Origin: an uncultured Acidobacteriota bacterium
Lineage (GTDB): Bacteria; Acidobacteriota; Thermoanaerobaculia; UBA5066; Gp7-AA6
Direction: 5' to 3'
NCBI GenBank assembly: GCA_963764715.1
Contig: CAVXTP010000002.1
Location: 1-64,000, forward strand
DNA: 64,000 bases
The position numbers and the translations under genes are program-made. Numbering within the stretch: the first letter of the stretch is position 1; each line of letters starts with the position of its first letter. Shown here piece after piece: positions 20,516-31,480 of the stretch. The notes below the pieces were generated by a model. It did no database searches. It was not told the origin of the DNA and saw only the letters and a program-made list of their open reading frames with translations.

Positions 20516-21815
20516 TCATCCCCGGCCGACGCCCGCGTACGTCCAGCCGAGGCGACGCATCTCGGCGGGCTCGTAGACGTTGCGCAGATCGATCATCGTC
20601 TTCGACCGGAGGCCGCCCGCCAGCCGCCCGAGGTCGAGCTTCCGGAACGCGTTCCACTCCGTGGCGAGGACGAGGAAGTCGGCGCCCGTCGCGCAGTCGT
20701 AGGCGTCCTCGGCGTAGTGCACGTCGGGGTGCACCGCGCGGGCGTTCGTCCATGGCCGCCGGATCGAAGGCCCGCACCTTCACGCCGGCCTTCTGGAGGT
20801 CCGCGACGACGGCGAGGGCCGGCGACTCACGGATGTCGTCGGTCTCGGGCTTGAACGAGAGGCCGAGGACGGCCGCGGTCTTGCCGGCGAGCGGCCCCGC
20901 GGCCCCCGCGATCTTCTCGATCATCCGGGCCTTCGTCTTCTCGTTCGCCCGCATCGCCGCCTCGATGATCTCGAACGTGTAGCCGTTCTGGCGGGCGAGG
21001 TCGGCCGCCGCGGCCGTGTCCTTCGGGAAGCACGAGCCGCCGAACCCGGGCCCGGGATGCAGGAACTTGCCGCCGATCCGTTTGTCGAGGCCCATCCCGC
21101 GCGCCACGTCGTGGACGTCGGCGCCCATCAGCTCGCACATCCGGGCGATCTCGTTGATGAACGAGATCTTCACGGCCAGGAAGCCGTTGGACGCGTACTT
21201 GATCAGCTCGGCCGAGGCGACGTCGGTGATCACGAACGGCGTCTCGATCAGGAAGAGCGGGCTGTAGATCTCCTTCAGGATCTCGATGGCGCGCGCGTCG
21301 CCGGCCCCGATGACGACGCGGTCGGGCCGCAGGAAGTCGGCGACGGCCGAGCCCTCGCGCAGGAACTCGGGGTTGGAGGCGACGGAGAACTCGTGCCGGC
21401 GGTTCGCGGCGCCGATGATCTGTTCGATCATCCGGCCCGTGCCGGTCGGCACGGTCGACTTGGTGACGACGACCTTGTAGCCGTTCATGTGCTCGGCGAT
21501 CGTCTCGGCGACCTGGCGCACGAACGTCAGGTCGGGCGAGCCGTCGGCCTTCGGCGGCGTCCCGACGGCGATGAAGATGGCGAGCGCCTCCTCGATGGCG
21601 GTCTTCAGGTCCGTGGTGAAGCGCAGCCGCCCCGCGCGCTCGTTGCGCGCGATGACTTCCTCGAGCCCCGGCTCGTAGATCGGGATGTGCCCGCGCTGGA
21701 GCGCGGCGATCTTGTCCGCGTCCTTGTCGACGCAGACGACGTTCATGCCGAAATCCGCGAGGCACGCTCCCGTCACCAGCCCGACGTATCCGGTTCCGAT
21801 CATGCAGATGTTCAT
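20516..21815 (-). CDS. ugd: UDP-glucose 6-dehydrogenase; indel ~20750
   Basis: [45 protein letters not shown]. Confidence 0.92.
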
Positions 21816-21827
21816 AGACCCGTGCCG

Positions 21828-21870
21828 TCTCTCCTGTCTTCCTGCCTACTGCTGACTGCTGACTGCTTGC
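21828..21870 (-). repeat. Heptamer array (CAGTCAG/CAGTAGG type) providing the epimerase stop codon
   Basis: Minus strand: gcaag cagtcag cagtcag cagtagg caggaag acaggag. Confidence 0.7.
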
Positions 21871-22814
21871 GCCCGGCTCCGATACCACTCCACCGACCGC
21901 CGCAGACCCTCCGCGAGCGGCACCCGCGCCCGGAAGTCGAGCAGCCGTTCCGCCTTCTCCGTGGCCGCGAAGGTCACCGGGACGTCGCCCGGCTGGTCGG
22001 GCTGCCGGAGCAGCCGGGCCGTCCGGCCGGTCGCCGCCTCGAGGGCCGCGACGAGCTCGGTCAGCGTGACGGGCCGGGAGCCTCCGAGGTTCACGATCTC
22101 GAAGCCGGAGTCCCGGCCGAGGGCCGCCAGGACGCCGTCGACGATGTCGTCGATGTACGTGTAGTCGCGCCGCGAGGTCCCGTCGCCGTAGAAGGGGATC
22201 GGCTCGCCGGACTCGAGGCACCGGATGAACCGGGCGATCGCCATCTCCGGGCGCTGGCGCGGTCCGTAGACGGTGAAAAACCGGAGGCAGACCGCGGCCA
22301 GGGCGTGGAGGTGGTGGGCGGTGAAGACGTGGAGCTCGCCGGCGCGCTTGGTCGCGGCGTAAGGAGAGACCGGCCGCTCGATCGGGTCTTCCTCGGAAAA
22401 CGGCAGCTTGGAATTGACGCCGTAGACCGAGGAGGAGGACGCGAAGACGAAGCGGGGCTTGCCGTGCGCGACCGCCGCGTCGAGGAGGTGGAGCGTCGCG
22501 ACGCAGTTGACCTCCTCGTAGAGGACGGCCTGCGTGAGGGACGGCCGTACGCCGGCGCGGGCCGCCAGGTGCGCCACGGCGTCGAAGCGTTCTTCGCCGA
22601 AGAGGCGGAAGACCAGCGCGCGGTCGCGGATGTCGCCCTCGACGAGGCGGTACGACGGGTGGCGGAGGTGCGGCGCGACGTTCGAGCGCTTGATCGCGGG
22701 GTCGTAGAAGTCGTTGAAGTCGTCGAGCGCGACGACCCGGTCGCCCCGCGCCAGCAGACGATCCACCAGATGCGAGCCGATGAAGCCCGCACCGCCTGTG
22801 ACCAGGATGCGCAT
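21846..22814 (-). CDS. NAD-dependent epimerase (UDP-glucuronate 4-epimerase-like)
   Basis: TGGAGFIG, HLAARAGVRPS, ASSSSVYG, YAATK, RFFTVYGPRQRPEMA. Confidence 0.9.
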   Translation of the reverse strand: MRILVTGGAGFIGSHLVDRLLARGDRVVALDDFNDFYDPAIKRSNVAPHLRHPSYRLVEGDIRDRALVFRLFGEERFDAVAHLAARAGVRPSLTQAVLYEEVNCVATLHLLDAAVAHGKPRFVFASSSSVYGVNSKLPFSEEDPIERPVSPYAATKRAGELHVFTAHHLHALAAVCLRFFTVYGPRQRPEMAIARFIRCLESGEPIPFYGDGTSRRDYTYIDDIVDGVLAALGRDSGFEIVNLGGSRPVTLTELVAALEAATGRTARLLRQPDQPGDVPVTFAATEKAERLLDFRARVPLAEGLRRSVEWYRSRAQAVSSQQ

Positions 22815-24005
22815 CACCGGGAGGGCGTCGGCATCGGCTCGATCGTCCCCGCTTTCACCGCGTCGTTGTACTCCTTCTTGATCGCGGCCTTCTGGCGGTC
22901 CTTGATGAGCCAGCGCAGGATCGGGGACTGGTCGACGCCGACGACGAGCCGGTGCGCCGCGTCGAAGAGCTCGGGGTCGTTGATGAGCTTGCCGGCCGTT
23001 CCGTCGCCCTCGTCGAGCTTGCGGCTGATGGAGTCGAGGTGCAGGGAGAAGCTCTGGAGGTTCTTGGTGAATTCCTTGCCGAACTGCGGGTCGTTCAGGA
23101 GGATCGGGATCGCGCCGTCGCCGTGCTCCAGGTTCCTGGCCACGGCGGCGAGCGTCGCGGCCGCGGTGGCGAGGTCGTCGACGAGCGCGTAGACCTTCTT
23201 CTTGCCCTCGGGGTCCGAGAGCAGCGCCGGGATGGCGCCGTTGCCGGTCCGAACGCCCTCGTCGATCTTTCCGAGCAGCGACTGCACCGAGCGGATCGCG
23301 CCGGCGAGCGACTCGCTCGTTTCGCGGCCGTACTTCTCGTCCGATCAGGAGCTTGCCGGCCAGGCCCTGGCCGTTGTCGATCTTCTTGAGGATCGAGTTC
23401 AGCGTGTGCAGCGCGCCGTTGAAGCTGTTGCCGAGCTCGGTGCTCTCGGGGCTCGAGGAGGTCAGCGAGCCGAGCAGGCCCTCGCCCTTCTCGGTCCGTC
23501 CGAGGATGGCCTTCAGCGACTTGGCGATGGCGCCGAGGTCGGTCAGCAGATCACCGCTGCCCTCGAGGAACTTTTCGATGCCGGCGCCGGGGGCCGCGGG
23601 GATCTCGCCGCCGATCGGGACGACCGGCTCGTCGGCGCTGCCGCCGGCCAGCTCGATGTACTTGTCGCCGAGGAGGCCCCGCGTCTTGATCGACGCGCGC
23701 GTGCCCTTGCGCAGCATCTGCTCCCAGCGGCGCACGACGTCGTAGACCACGCGGACCGTGCGGTCGGCCGGATCGCCCGAGAGGTTGACTTCCATCACGT
23801 TACCGACGACGACGCCGTTCAATGTCACGACGTTGCCGGGGACGAGGCCCGCGGCCGACTCGAAGTGGGTCGAGTAGGGGAACTTCTTGCGGAAGAGGTT
23901 GGCCCGCTGCCCGACCATGAAGACCCCGATCATGGTCGCCACGAGGGCGATCATGACCACGAGGCCGACGCGGAAGCGCCGGCCGACCTGCGTTTCTCCA
24001 GCCAC
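22814..24005 (-). CDS. mlaD: MlaD/MCE family protein with long helical C-terminus; indel ~23345
   Basis: N-terminal TM, AAGLVPG..V.LNGV.VG.V, GLLGDKYIEL, repeated G.G..GKL segments. Confidence 0.85.
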
Positions 24006-24008
24006 GGG

Positions 24009-24845
24009 CTACGGTCCTTTCGGCGCGGGCACGGTCTGGAAAACGCCGGTGCCGCACGGGAAACCCATGGAGCGGAAGTACTCCATGAGCACGGGATGGC
24101 CGCCGCGGGCGGCCTCGTCGAAGGTCCCGATGAACTGGAACCGTCCCTGGTGAAGGAAGGCGAGCCGGTCGGCGACCGTCCGGGCCGCGACGATGTCGTG
24201 GGTCACGACGATCGACGTCGTCTCGAGCCGCACGTTCAGGTCGACGATCAGCTGGGCGATCTTCTCGGAGGAGAGCGGGTCGAGGCCCGTCGTGGGCTCG
24301 TCGTAAAGGATGATGTCCGGGTCGAGCGCGATCGAGCGAGCCAGGGCCACGCGCTTGCGCATGCCGCCGGAGAGCTCGGACGGCATCTTGCGCTGGATCC
24401 CGGGCAGCCCGACCATCGTCAGCTTCTCGGCGACGATCGCCGCGACCTGCTCGGGGGTCTTCTCGGTGTGCTCCCGGACCGGAAAGGCGATGTTCGCCTC
24501 CACGTCCATGGAGTCGAACAGCGCGCCGCCCTGGAAGAGCATCGCGGTGCGCCGGCGCACGGGCGACAGCTGCTCCTCGGACAGGCCGACGACCGATTCG
24601 CCGAAGACGAGCACGTCGCCGGCGTCCGGCTGGGTCAGGCCGTTGATGTGGCGCAGCGTCACGCTCTTTCCCGTCCCGGACGGTCCGAGGATGCAGAGGA
24701 CCTCGCCGCGGCGGATCTTGAGGTTGATGCCGGCCAGGATGTCGCGGCCGGAATAGCGCTTCCAGACCTCGCGAAACTCGACGATCGTGTCGCCGAGGGC
24801 GTGCGTTGCGACTTTCGGGCCGGTCGCGGCCGTGGCGGAGCTCAT
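24009..24845 (-). CDS. mlaF: MlaF-type ABC ATPase
   Basis: GPSGTGKS, FQGGALFDS, LSGGMRKRVALAR, YDEPTTGLDP. Confidence 0.9.
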   Translation of the reverse strand: MSSATAATGPKVATHALGDTIVEFREVWKRYSGRDILAGINLKIRRGEVLCILGPSGTGKSVTLRHINGLTQPDAGDVLVFGESVVGLSEEQLSPVRRRTAMLFQGGALFDSMDVEANIAFPVREHTEKTPEQVAAIVAEKLTMVGLPGIQRKMPSELSGGMRKRVALARSIALDPDIILYDEPTTGLDPLSSEKIAQLIVDLNVRLETTSIVVTHDIVAARTVADRLAFLHQGRFQFIGTFDEAARGGHPVLMEYFRSMGFPCGTGVFQTVPAPKGP

Positions 24846-25677
24846 CAGAGGGCGAGGAAGAGCTTCGTGAGGAAGAAGTCCGAGACGAGCACGCAGATCG
24901 AGGCCAGGACGACGGTGCGGGTCGTCGCCAGCCCGACGGAGGCCGCCCCGCCCTGCGCCTGGAGGCCGTTGTAGCAGCCGATCGCGGCGATCTCGAGGCC
25001 GAAGAAGAACGGTCTTGCCGAGTCCGCTGAAGATGTCGGCGATCGACGAGCTGCTGCCAGATGCTGGTGATGTAGTCCTGCGCCGTCATCTGGAGCTCGA
25101 GCACGGCGATGCCGAGACCGCCGAGGATGCCGAGGACGTCGGCGATCGACGTCAGGACGGGCATCATGATGACCGTGGCGAGCACGCGCGGAACGACCAG
25201 CCGCCGCACCGGCGAGATCGCCATGGCGCGCAGGGCGTCGACCTGCTCGGTCACGGTCATGGAGCCGAGCTCGGCGGTGATGCCGGAGCCGACGCGGCCC
25301 CCGACCATCAGCGCGGTCAGCACCGGCCCGAGCTCGCGGACGAGCGAGAGGGAAACCACGCGCCCGACGAACATCTTGCCGCCGAAGGCCTCGAGCGAGT
25401 AGGCCGTCTGCAGCGCGAGGACCATGCCCGTGAAGAGCGCGGTGATCCCGGTGATCGAGACGGACTTGACGCCGAGCTCGTCCATCTGATCGAGGAGCGC
25501 CGAGCCGTAGAAGGGCCGGCTGACCACGGCGGCGAAGGTCTCGCCGAGGAGCTGGGAGAGCCCGCCGATGTACTCGACGAGCTGCGAGCCCTTGCGGCCG
25601 AAACGGTCGACGAACCGCAGCCATCGGAGGTTGCGATAGAAGATCGCCGTCGCGGACTGTTGCGTGGGCTGCGCCAT
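24845..25677 (-). CDS. mlaE: MlaE-type permease; indels ~25010-25045
   Basis: [46 protein letters not shown]. Confidence 0.9.
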
Positions 25678-25764
25678 GGGAGACGGGGCATTCTACGCCG
25701 TCGACTCCTCGCGGTGTAAACGCCGGACGCGTCGAGAGTTGTCGCTCTGCTACGATGCCGCGCC

Positions 25765-26514
25765 GTGCGGTTCCTGCGTTCGCTCGCCGCCTGGGTCGTG
25801 ATCGCCGGCGCGACGATCCTGTGCGGGCTCCCGGCGATTCCGATGGGATTCGTGCCTCCGCGGGGCGCCTGGTCGATGTTTTTCGGGCGGGCCTGGTCGC
25901 GGATGATCCTGGGCGGGACCGGGGTCCGGGTCCGTGTGCTCCACCCCGAGCGGCTCGGCCGCGGCGAGAGCGTCGTGATCGCGGCCAACCACGAGAGCTT
26001 CTACGACATCCTCGTTCTCTTCGCGCGCCTGCCGATGAAGATCTCGTTCCTGGCCAAGCGCAACCTGTTCCGGCTGCCGATCCTGGGCTGGTCCATGGCG
26101 GCCGCCGGCTTCGTGCCGGTCGACCGCGGCGAGCGGCGGCGCGGCGCCGCGATCGTCGACGCGGCCTTGAAGCGCGCCGGGAAGGGCGCCTCGCTCATCG
26201 TTTTTCCCGAGGAGACCCGGACGCGCACGGGCGAGCTCCTCCCGTTCAAGGCAGGCGCGGCGTTGCTCGCGATCCGGTCGGGTCTGCCGATTCTGCCCAT
26301 CGGCATCGGCGGCACCTTCGGCATCCTGCGGCGCGGCGGATTCACGGTCACGCCGTCGGAGGTCGCGATCGCGGTGGGCGAGCCGATCCCGGTCGCCGGG
26401 CTCTCGAGCCGCGAGCGCGGCGAGTTGACGGAGCGGCTGCGCGAGCGGGTCGAGGCGCTGCGCGCGGAGGCGCGGGCCGCGGTGGCATACAATCCGGACC
26501 CGGTGAAACGATGA
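25765..26514 (+). CDS. plsC: 1-acyl-sn-glycerol-3-phosphate acyltransferase
   Basis: NHESFYD (HxxxxD), FPEETRT, LPFK. Confidence 0.85.
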   Translation: MRFLRSLAAWVVIAGATILCGLPAIPMGFVPPRGAWSMFFGRAWSRMILGGTGVRVRVLHPERLGRGESVVIAANHESFYDILVLFARLPMKISFLAKRNLFRLPILGWSMAAAGFVPVDRGERRRGAAIVDAALKRAGKGASLIVFPEETRTRTGELLPFKAGAALLAIRSGLPILPIGIGGTFGILRRGGFTVTPSEVAIAVGEPIPVAGLSSRERGELTERLRERVEALRAEARAAVAYNPDPVKR

Positions 26515-27586
26515 GCGTGACGGCGGAGCTGACCGAGGAGCGGGTCCTCGAAACGTTGAAAACGGTCCGGTTTCCGGGCCTTTCGCGCGACATCGTGTCG
26601 TTCGGCTTCGTGAAGGACCTCGCGGTCGGCGGAGGCAACGTGTCCTTCCGTCTCGAGATCACCACCGAGTCCCCGAAGGCCGCCGAGGAAATCCGCCGCG
26701 ACGCGACCGAGAAGCTGCGAAGCCTGCCCGGCGTGCAGGCGGTCACGATCCGAGTCGACGTGAAGGCCCCGTCGGCCGCCGCCCCCCGCTCCGGCGCTCC
26801 GCCCCAGGCCGCGGGCCCCGCGATCCTGCCCGAGGTGCGCTACAAGATCGCGGTGGCTTCGGGCAAGGGCGGGGTCGGCAAGTCGACCGTGGCCGCCAAC
26901 CTGGCGCTCGCGCTCGAGCGTCTGGGTCACCGCGTCGGGCTGATGGACTCGGACATCTACGGGCCCGTCGCAGCAGATGATGATGGGCATCGACGAGAAG
27001 CCCCACGTCAACGAGTCGAACCAGATCGTCCCGATCGAGCGCCACGGGGTGAAGGTCATGTCGCTCGGCTTTCTCATGGACGTCGACCAGCCCGTCATCT
27101 GGCGCGGCCCGATGGTCATGAAGGCCGTCGAGCAGTTTCTCCAGGACGTCGCCTGGGGGGCGCTCGACTTCCTCGTCATCGACCTGCCGCCGGGGACGGG
27201 CGACGCGCAGCTGACCCTGACCCAGAAGATCCAGCTCTCCGGGCGCCGTCATCGTGACGACGCCGCAGGACGTTTCGCTCATCGACGCCCGCAAGGGCCT
27301 CGCGATGTTCCAGAAGGTCAACGTGCCGGTCCTCGGCATCGTCGAGAACATGTCGTACTTCATCTGCCCGGGCTGCGGCCGCCGGGAGGAGATCTTCAAG
27401 CACGGCGGCGGCGAGCGCACGGCCCGCCAGCTCCAGGTCCCGTTCCTCGGCGAGATCCCGCTCGACCCCCGGGTCACCGCGGGCGGCGACGCCGGGCGGC
27501 CGATCGTGGCGGGGGAGCCGAAGTCCGCCGTTGCCGAGTCGTACATGCGGATCGCCGAGTCCGTCGCGAAGTCGGTCGGCGCCTAG
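26511..27586 (+). CDS. apbC: Mrp/ApbC Fe-S cluster carrier ATPase; indels ~26966 and ~27241
   Basis: [45 protein letters not shown]. Confidence 0.92.
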
Positions 27587-27604
27587 GAGCCGACTCAGGA
27601 GCTC

Positions 27605-28132
27605 ATGCCCGTTTCGATCGAGCTCGCCAAGACGGACATCACGTCGATGCCGGTCGACGCGATCGTGAACGCGGCCAACGAGGCCCTGCAGCTCGGATCG
27701 GGCGTCGCCGGGGCGATCCGCCTGCGCGGGGGTCCGACGATCCAGGAGGAGTGCGACCGGATCGGAACCTGCGCCGTCGGCCAGGCCGTCGTGACCAAAG
27801 GGGGCAAGCTCCACGCCCGCTGGGTGATCCACGCCGTCGGGCCCGTCTGGAAGGGAGGGGACTACGGCGAGGAGATGCTGCTCGCCTCCGCGGTCCTCCA
27901 GGCGCTGCGGCGCGCCGAAGACATCGGCGCCGCCTCGATCGCGATTCCCGCGCTCTCGACCGGCGTCTTCGGCTTCCCGCTGCAGCGGGCGGCCGAGATC
28001 ACGGTCGCGGCCGCGCGCTCCTTCGTTCCGACCGCCGAGTACGTCCAGCGGATCGTCTTCTGCCTCCTCGACGACGCCGCGCACGAGGCCTTCCGGAAGG
28101 CGCTCGGCGGCGGATCCTCCGCCCCCGGCTAG
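27605..28132 (+). CDS. Macro domain (ADP-ribose binding/hydrolase) protein
   Basis: DIT..VDAIVNAAN, GSGVAGAI, VIHAVGP, PALSTGVFGFP. Confidence 0.92.
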   Translation: MPVSIELAKTDITSMPVDAIVNAANEALQLGSGVAGAIRLRGGPTIQEECDRIGTCAVGQAVVTKGGKLHARWVIHAVGPVWKGGDYGEEMLLASAVLQALRRAEDIGAASIAIPALSTGVFGFPLQRAAEITVAAARSFVPTAEYVQRIVFCLLDDAAHEAFRKALGGGSSAPG

Positions 28133-28135
28133 CGC

Positions 28136-31100
28136 GTGCTCCTCGCGCTGCTCCTCTTTGCGGCGGGCGCCGCGCCGCTTCCGCCCGGACAGCTCCCGGC
28201 ACTGCAGTCCGACCGCAACGTCGGACTCGCGGCGCTCGAGGAGGGCAACCTGCCCGAGGCGACCCGCCGCTTCGAGCGGGTGCGCCGGGCCGTGCCGTCC
28301 GACCCCCTCGGCTGGGCCAACGGCGCGGTCGCCGCCATGCGGGCGAAGGACCTCGCCGCGGCCGAGAAGCTGCTGGCGGCGGCCCTGAAGCTCGCTCCCT
28401 CGGATCCGCGCCTTCTCGCGCTCGACGGGGCGAGGCGCGAGCTCTCGGGCGACCTCCGCGGCGCCGAGGAGGCCTACGGACGAGCGGCCGGCGCGTCGCC
28501 GGCGGACCTGCCGTCCCGCTGGGCCCAGGCGCGCCTGGCGAGCGCGCGGGGAGACGAGGGCAGGAAGGTCGCGGCCGCCGAGGTCGACGCGGCCCTCGCG
28601 CAGGCGCCCAACAATCTCTTCCTCCTGGTCCGGCGCGTGGAGCTCGCCCGGGCGCTCCACGATGCGCCGGCGGCGGCCTCGGCGACGGACCGGCTGGCGC
28701 GGCTCGCCGCGGGGGACGAACGGGTCGAACGCGCGCTCTCGGAGGCGGCCGCCGCCGACCGGGCGGGCGACGCGCCGGACCGCGGACCTGAAGTACCGGA
28801 TCGTCGAGAACATCCTCCGCACGACGCCGCGTTACCAGCAGGCGCGGCGGGACGCCGAGCCGCAGTTCGTGGGGCTGCCGCTCGAAGAGTGGTCGCCGGA
28901 GCTCGCGGCGGCCATGCGCGCCCGCGCGGGACGGCCCGTCCCGGTGAAGTTCGCCCCGGTCGACGCGGCGGGCCTCGACGGCGTCGAAGGGGCCTCGGTC
29001 GTCCGGGTCGCGGGGGCCTCCGGCCGCGATCTGCTCTTCGCGGGCCCCGCGGGCTTGCGCATCGCGGCGGCGTCGGGTACGGCGTATCGGCTCGGGGAGA
29101 CGATCCCGGGCTCGTCGACGAGCGACGCGGCCGTCGCCGACGTGACGAACTCGGGCTCGCTCGACGTCGCGACCCCCGGCGCCCTCTGGATCCGCGACGC
29201 CTCGGGCTTCCGCAAGTCACCCGATCGCCGGAGGCGAGCGGGTCCTTCCCTTCGACGTCGACGCCGACGGAGACCTCGACCTCTACGTGGCCGGCGCGTC
29301 CGGCGATCACCTGCTCCGCAACAATCTCGACGGGACCTTCGCCGACGTCACGGAGGCGGCCGGGCTTCCGAAGGGCGTGGCCTCGCGGGCGGCGGTCGCC
29401 GCGGACTTCGACCGCGACGGCGACATCGATCTGCTGCTGGCGCCCGTCGGCGGGGGCTTCGCGCTGTACGACAACCTCCGGGGCGGCCGGCTCGCGCGGC
29501 GCGACGCGGGCCTGCCCGGCCGCGGAAACATCCGGGCCGCGGCGGCCGGCGATCTCGATGCGGACGGGCGCCTCGACCTCGTCTGGACCGTCGACGGCGG
29601 GGCGTTCTTCGCCCTCAACCGTGGCGACGGCGTGTTCCTCGAGCCGAAGCCCCTCGGCCCCGGCGATTCGCCCCTGCTCCTCGACTACGACAACGACGGC
29701 TTCCTCGACGTGCTCCTCGTCTCGGCGGCGGGGGCCTCGACCCTCTGGCGCAACCTCGGCGCGGGGCGCTTCGAGGCGGCGGCCGTCGGGGCGCTCCCGG
29801 CGGCGGCGGCGGCCGAGGCGGTCGATTTCGACGGCGACGGCGACCTCGATCTCGTTTTCCTGACGCCGCGGGGAAGCGCGACGCTCCTGTCGAACGACGG
29901 CGGCAACGCCAACGGCTGGATTGACGTGGCGCTCGAGGGGCTTCCGACCGGGTCCGCCAAGGTCAACCGGTTCGGCTACGGCTCGGAGGTCGAGGCGCGG
30001 TCGGAGGACCTCTACGTCTACCGCGTCGCGTCCCGGCCGGTCACGCGGCTCGGCCTCGGCGACCGGCGCCGCGCCGACGTCCTGAGGGTGGTCTGGACGA
30101 ACGGAGTCCCGCAGAACGCTCTCGACCCGAAGGTGAAGACCGTTCTGCGCGAGGTGCAGCAGCTCAAGGGCTCGTGCCCGTTCCTCTACGCCTTCGACGG
30201 CGAAGCGTGGCGCTTCGTGACGGACGTGCTCGGGCGCGCGCCCGCCGGCCTCCTCTACGACGGCGTGCACCAGGCGCCGGCCGACACGCGGGAATGGCTC
30301 GCGATCCCGGGACGAACGCTCCGGCCGGCCGACGGACGCCTCGACGCTCGATCTGACGGAGGAGCTCTGGGAGGCCGCCTACATCGACCTCGCCGAGCTC
30401 CGCGCGGTCGATCACCCGGCCGGCGTCGAAATCGTTCCCAACGAGAAGATGGTGCCTCCGCCGTTCCCCGAGAAGAAGCTCTTCACGGTCGTCGCGCCCG
30501 TCGACGCCGACGGCGCGGGACGAAGCCGGGCGCGACCGCACGGCCGAGATCGCGTCCGAGGACGGAGTCTTTCTCGGGGGCTTTACGACGACGAGCTACC
30601 AGGGGATCGTCGCGCCGCACGCGCTCGAGCTCGAGTCTGCCCGACGCCCGGGGCGCCCGGACGGTGATGCTCTATCTCACGGGCTGGATCCAGTACGCCG
30701 ATACCTCGATCAACGTCTCGCTTTCGCAGCGCCGCGACCTCGCGGCCGAGGGGCCGGTCCTCGAGGTGCCGGACGGGCGCGGAGGCTGGAAGACGGCCAT
30801 CGCGCCGATGGGATACCCGGCCGGAAAGACGAAGACGATGCCGGTCGACCTCTCCGGGGTCCTCGATCCGGCCGACCCGCGCGTCCGCATCCGGACGAAC
30901 CTGGCCATCTACTGGGACCGGATCGTCTACACGGTCGACGAGCCCGCCGGCGCCGCTTCGGATCACGGCGGCGCCCCTCGTCTCGGCCGAGCTCTCGGAG
31001 CGCGGGTTTTCCCGCATGACCCGCGCCTCGGACGAGAGCCCGCACGTGTTCGTTCACGACGACGTGACGACGGAGCCCCGCTGGGCCGACATGGCCGGCT

Positions 31101-31465
31101 GGTACACGCGCCTCGGCGATGTCCGTCCGCTGCTCTCGGCGGCGGACGACCGGTACGTCGTCATGAAGGGGGGCGATGCCGTGCGCCTGATCTTCGACGC
31201 CTCGGCGCTGCCACCGCTGCCGGAGGGCTGGGTGCGGGACTGGCTCTTCGTCTCCGACGGCTGGGACAAGGACGCCGACAAGAACACGGTCGCGGGGCAG
31301 ACGGTCGAGCCGCTGCCGTTTCACGGGATGGACGACGGGCGCTACGGCGAGCTCGCGTTCCCGGACAGCGAGGAGCACCGTGCGTTCGTCCGCGAGTGGC
31401 TGACGCGACGGGGAGGGCCGGAGGGGTTTCGGGACGCGTTGAGGCCAGTGGGCAGTAAGCAGTAA
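28136..31465 (+). CDS. Secreted TPR + FG-GAP (CRTAC1/ASPIC-UnbV-like) protein with extra C-terminal GSCPFLY domain; several indels
   Basis: Signal peptide, TPR helices, DFDRDGDIDL / DYDNDGFLD / DFDGDGDLD loops, GLG...VVWTNG, KGSCPFLY, GYPAGKTKT, DGWDKDAD. Confidence 0.8.
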
Positions 31466-31480
31466 GCAGTAAGCAGTGAA
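31446..31480 (+). repeat. Heptamer array (CAGTAAG) containing upstream stop and downstream GTG start
   Basis: cagtggg cagtaag cagtaag cagtaag cagtgaa; TAA 31463-31465, GTG 31476. Confidence 0.85.

Noticed and set aside
19551-21815. Apparent Ugd-decarboxylase fusion ORF (754 aa)
   Set aside because: Created by an extra base near 20750; the true Ugd C-terminus is in another frame ending at 20516
21846-24005. Apparent MlaD-epimerase fusion ORF (719 aa)
   Set aside because: Artefact of the indel near 23345; the MlaD C-terminus ends at 22814 in another frame
27605-28132. Macro domain as part of an anti-phage or toxin-antitoxin system
   Set aside because: No ADP-ribosyltransferase, sirtuin or TIR partner nearby; resembles a housekeeping YmdB-type protein
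31446-31480. Short repeats as a CRISPR array
   Set aside because: 7-bp units with no unique spacers and no cas genes
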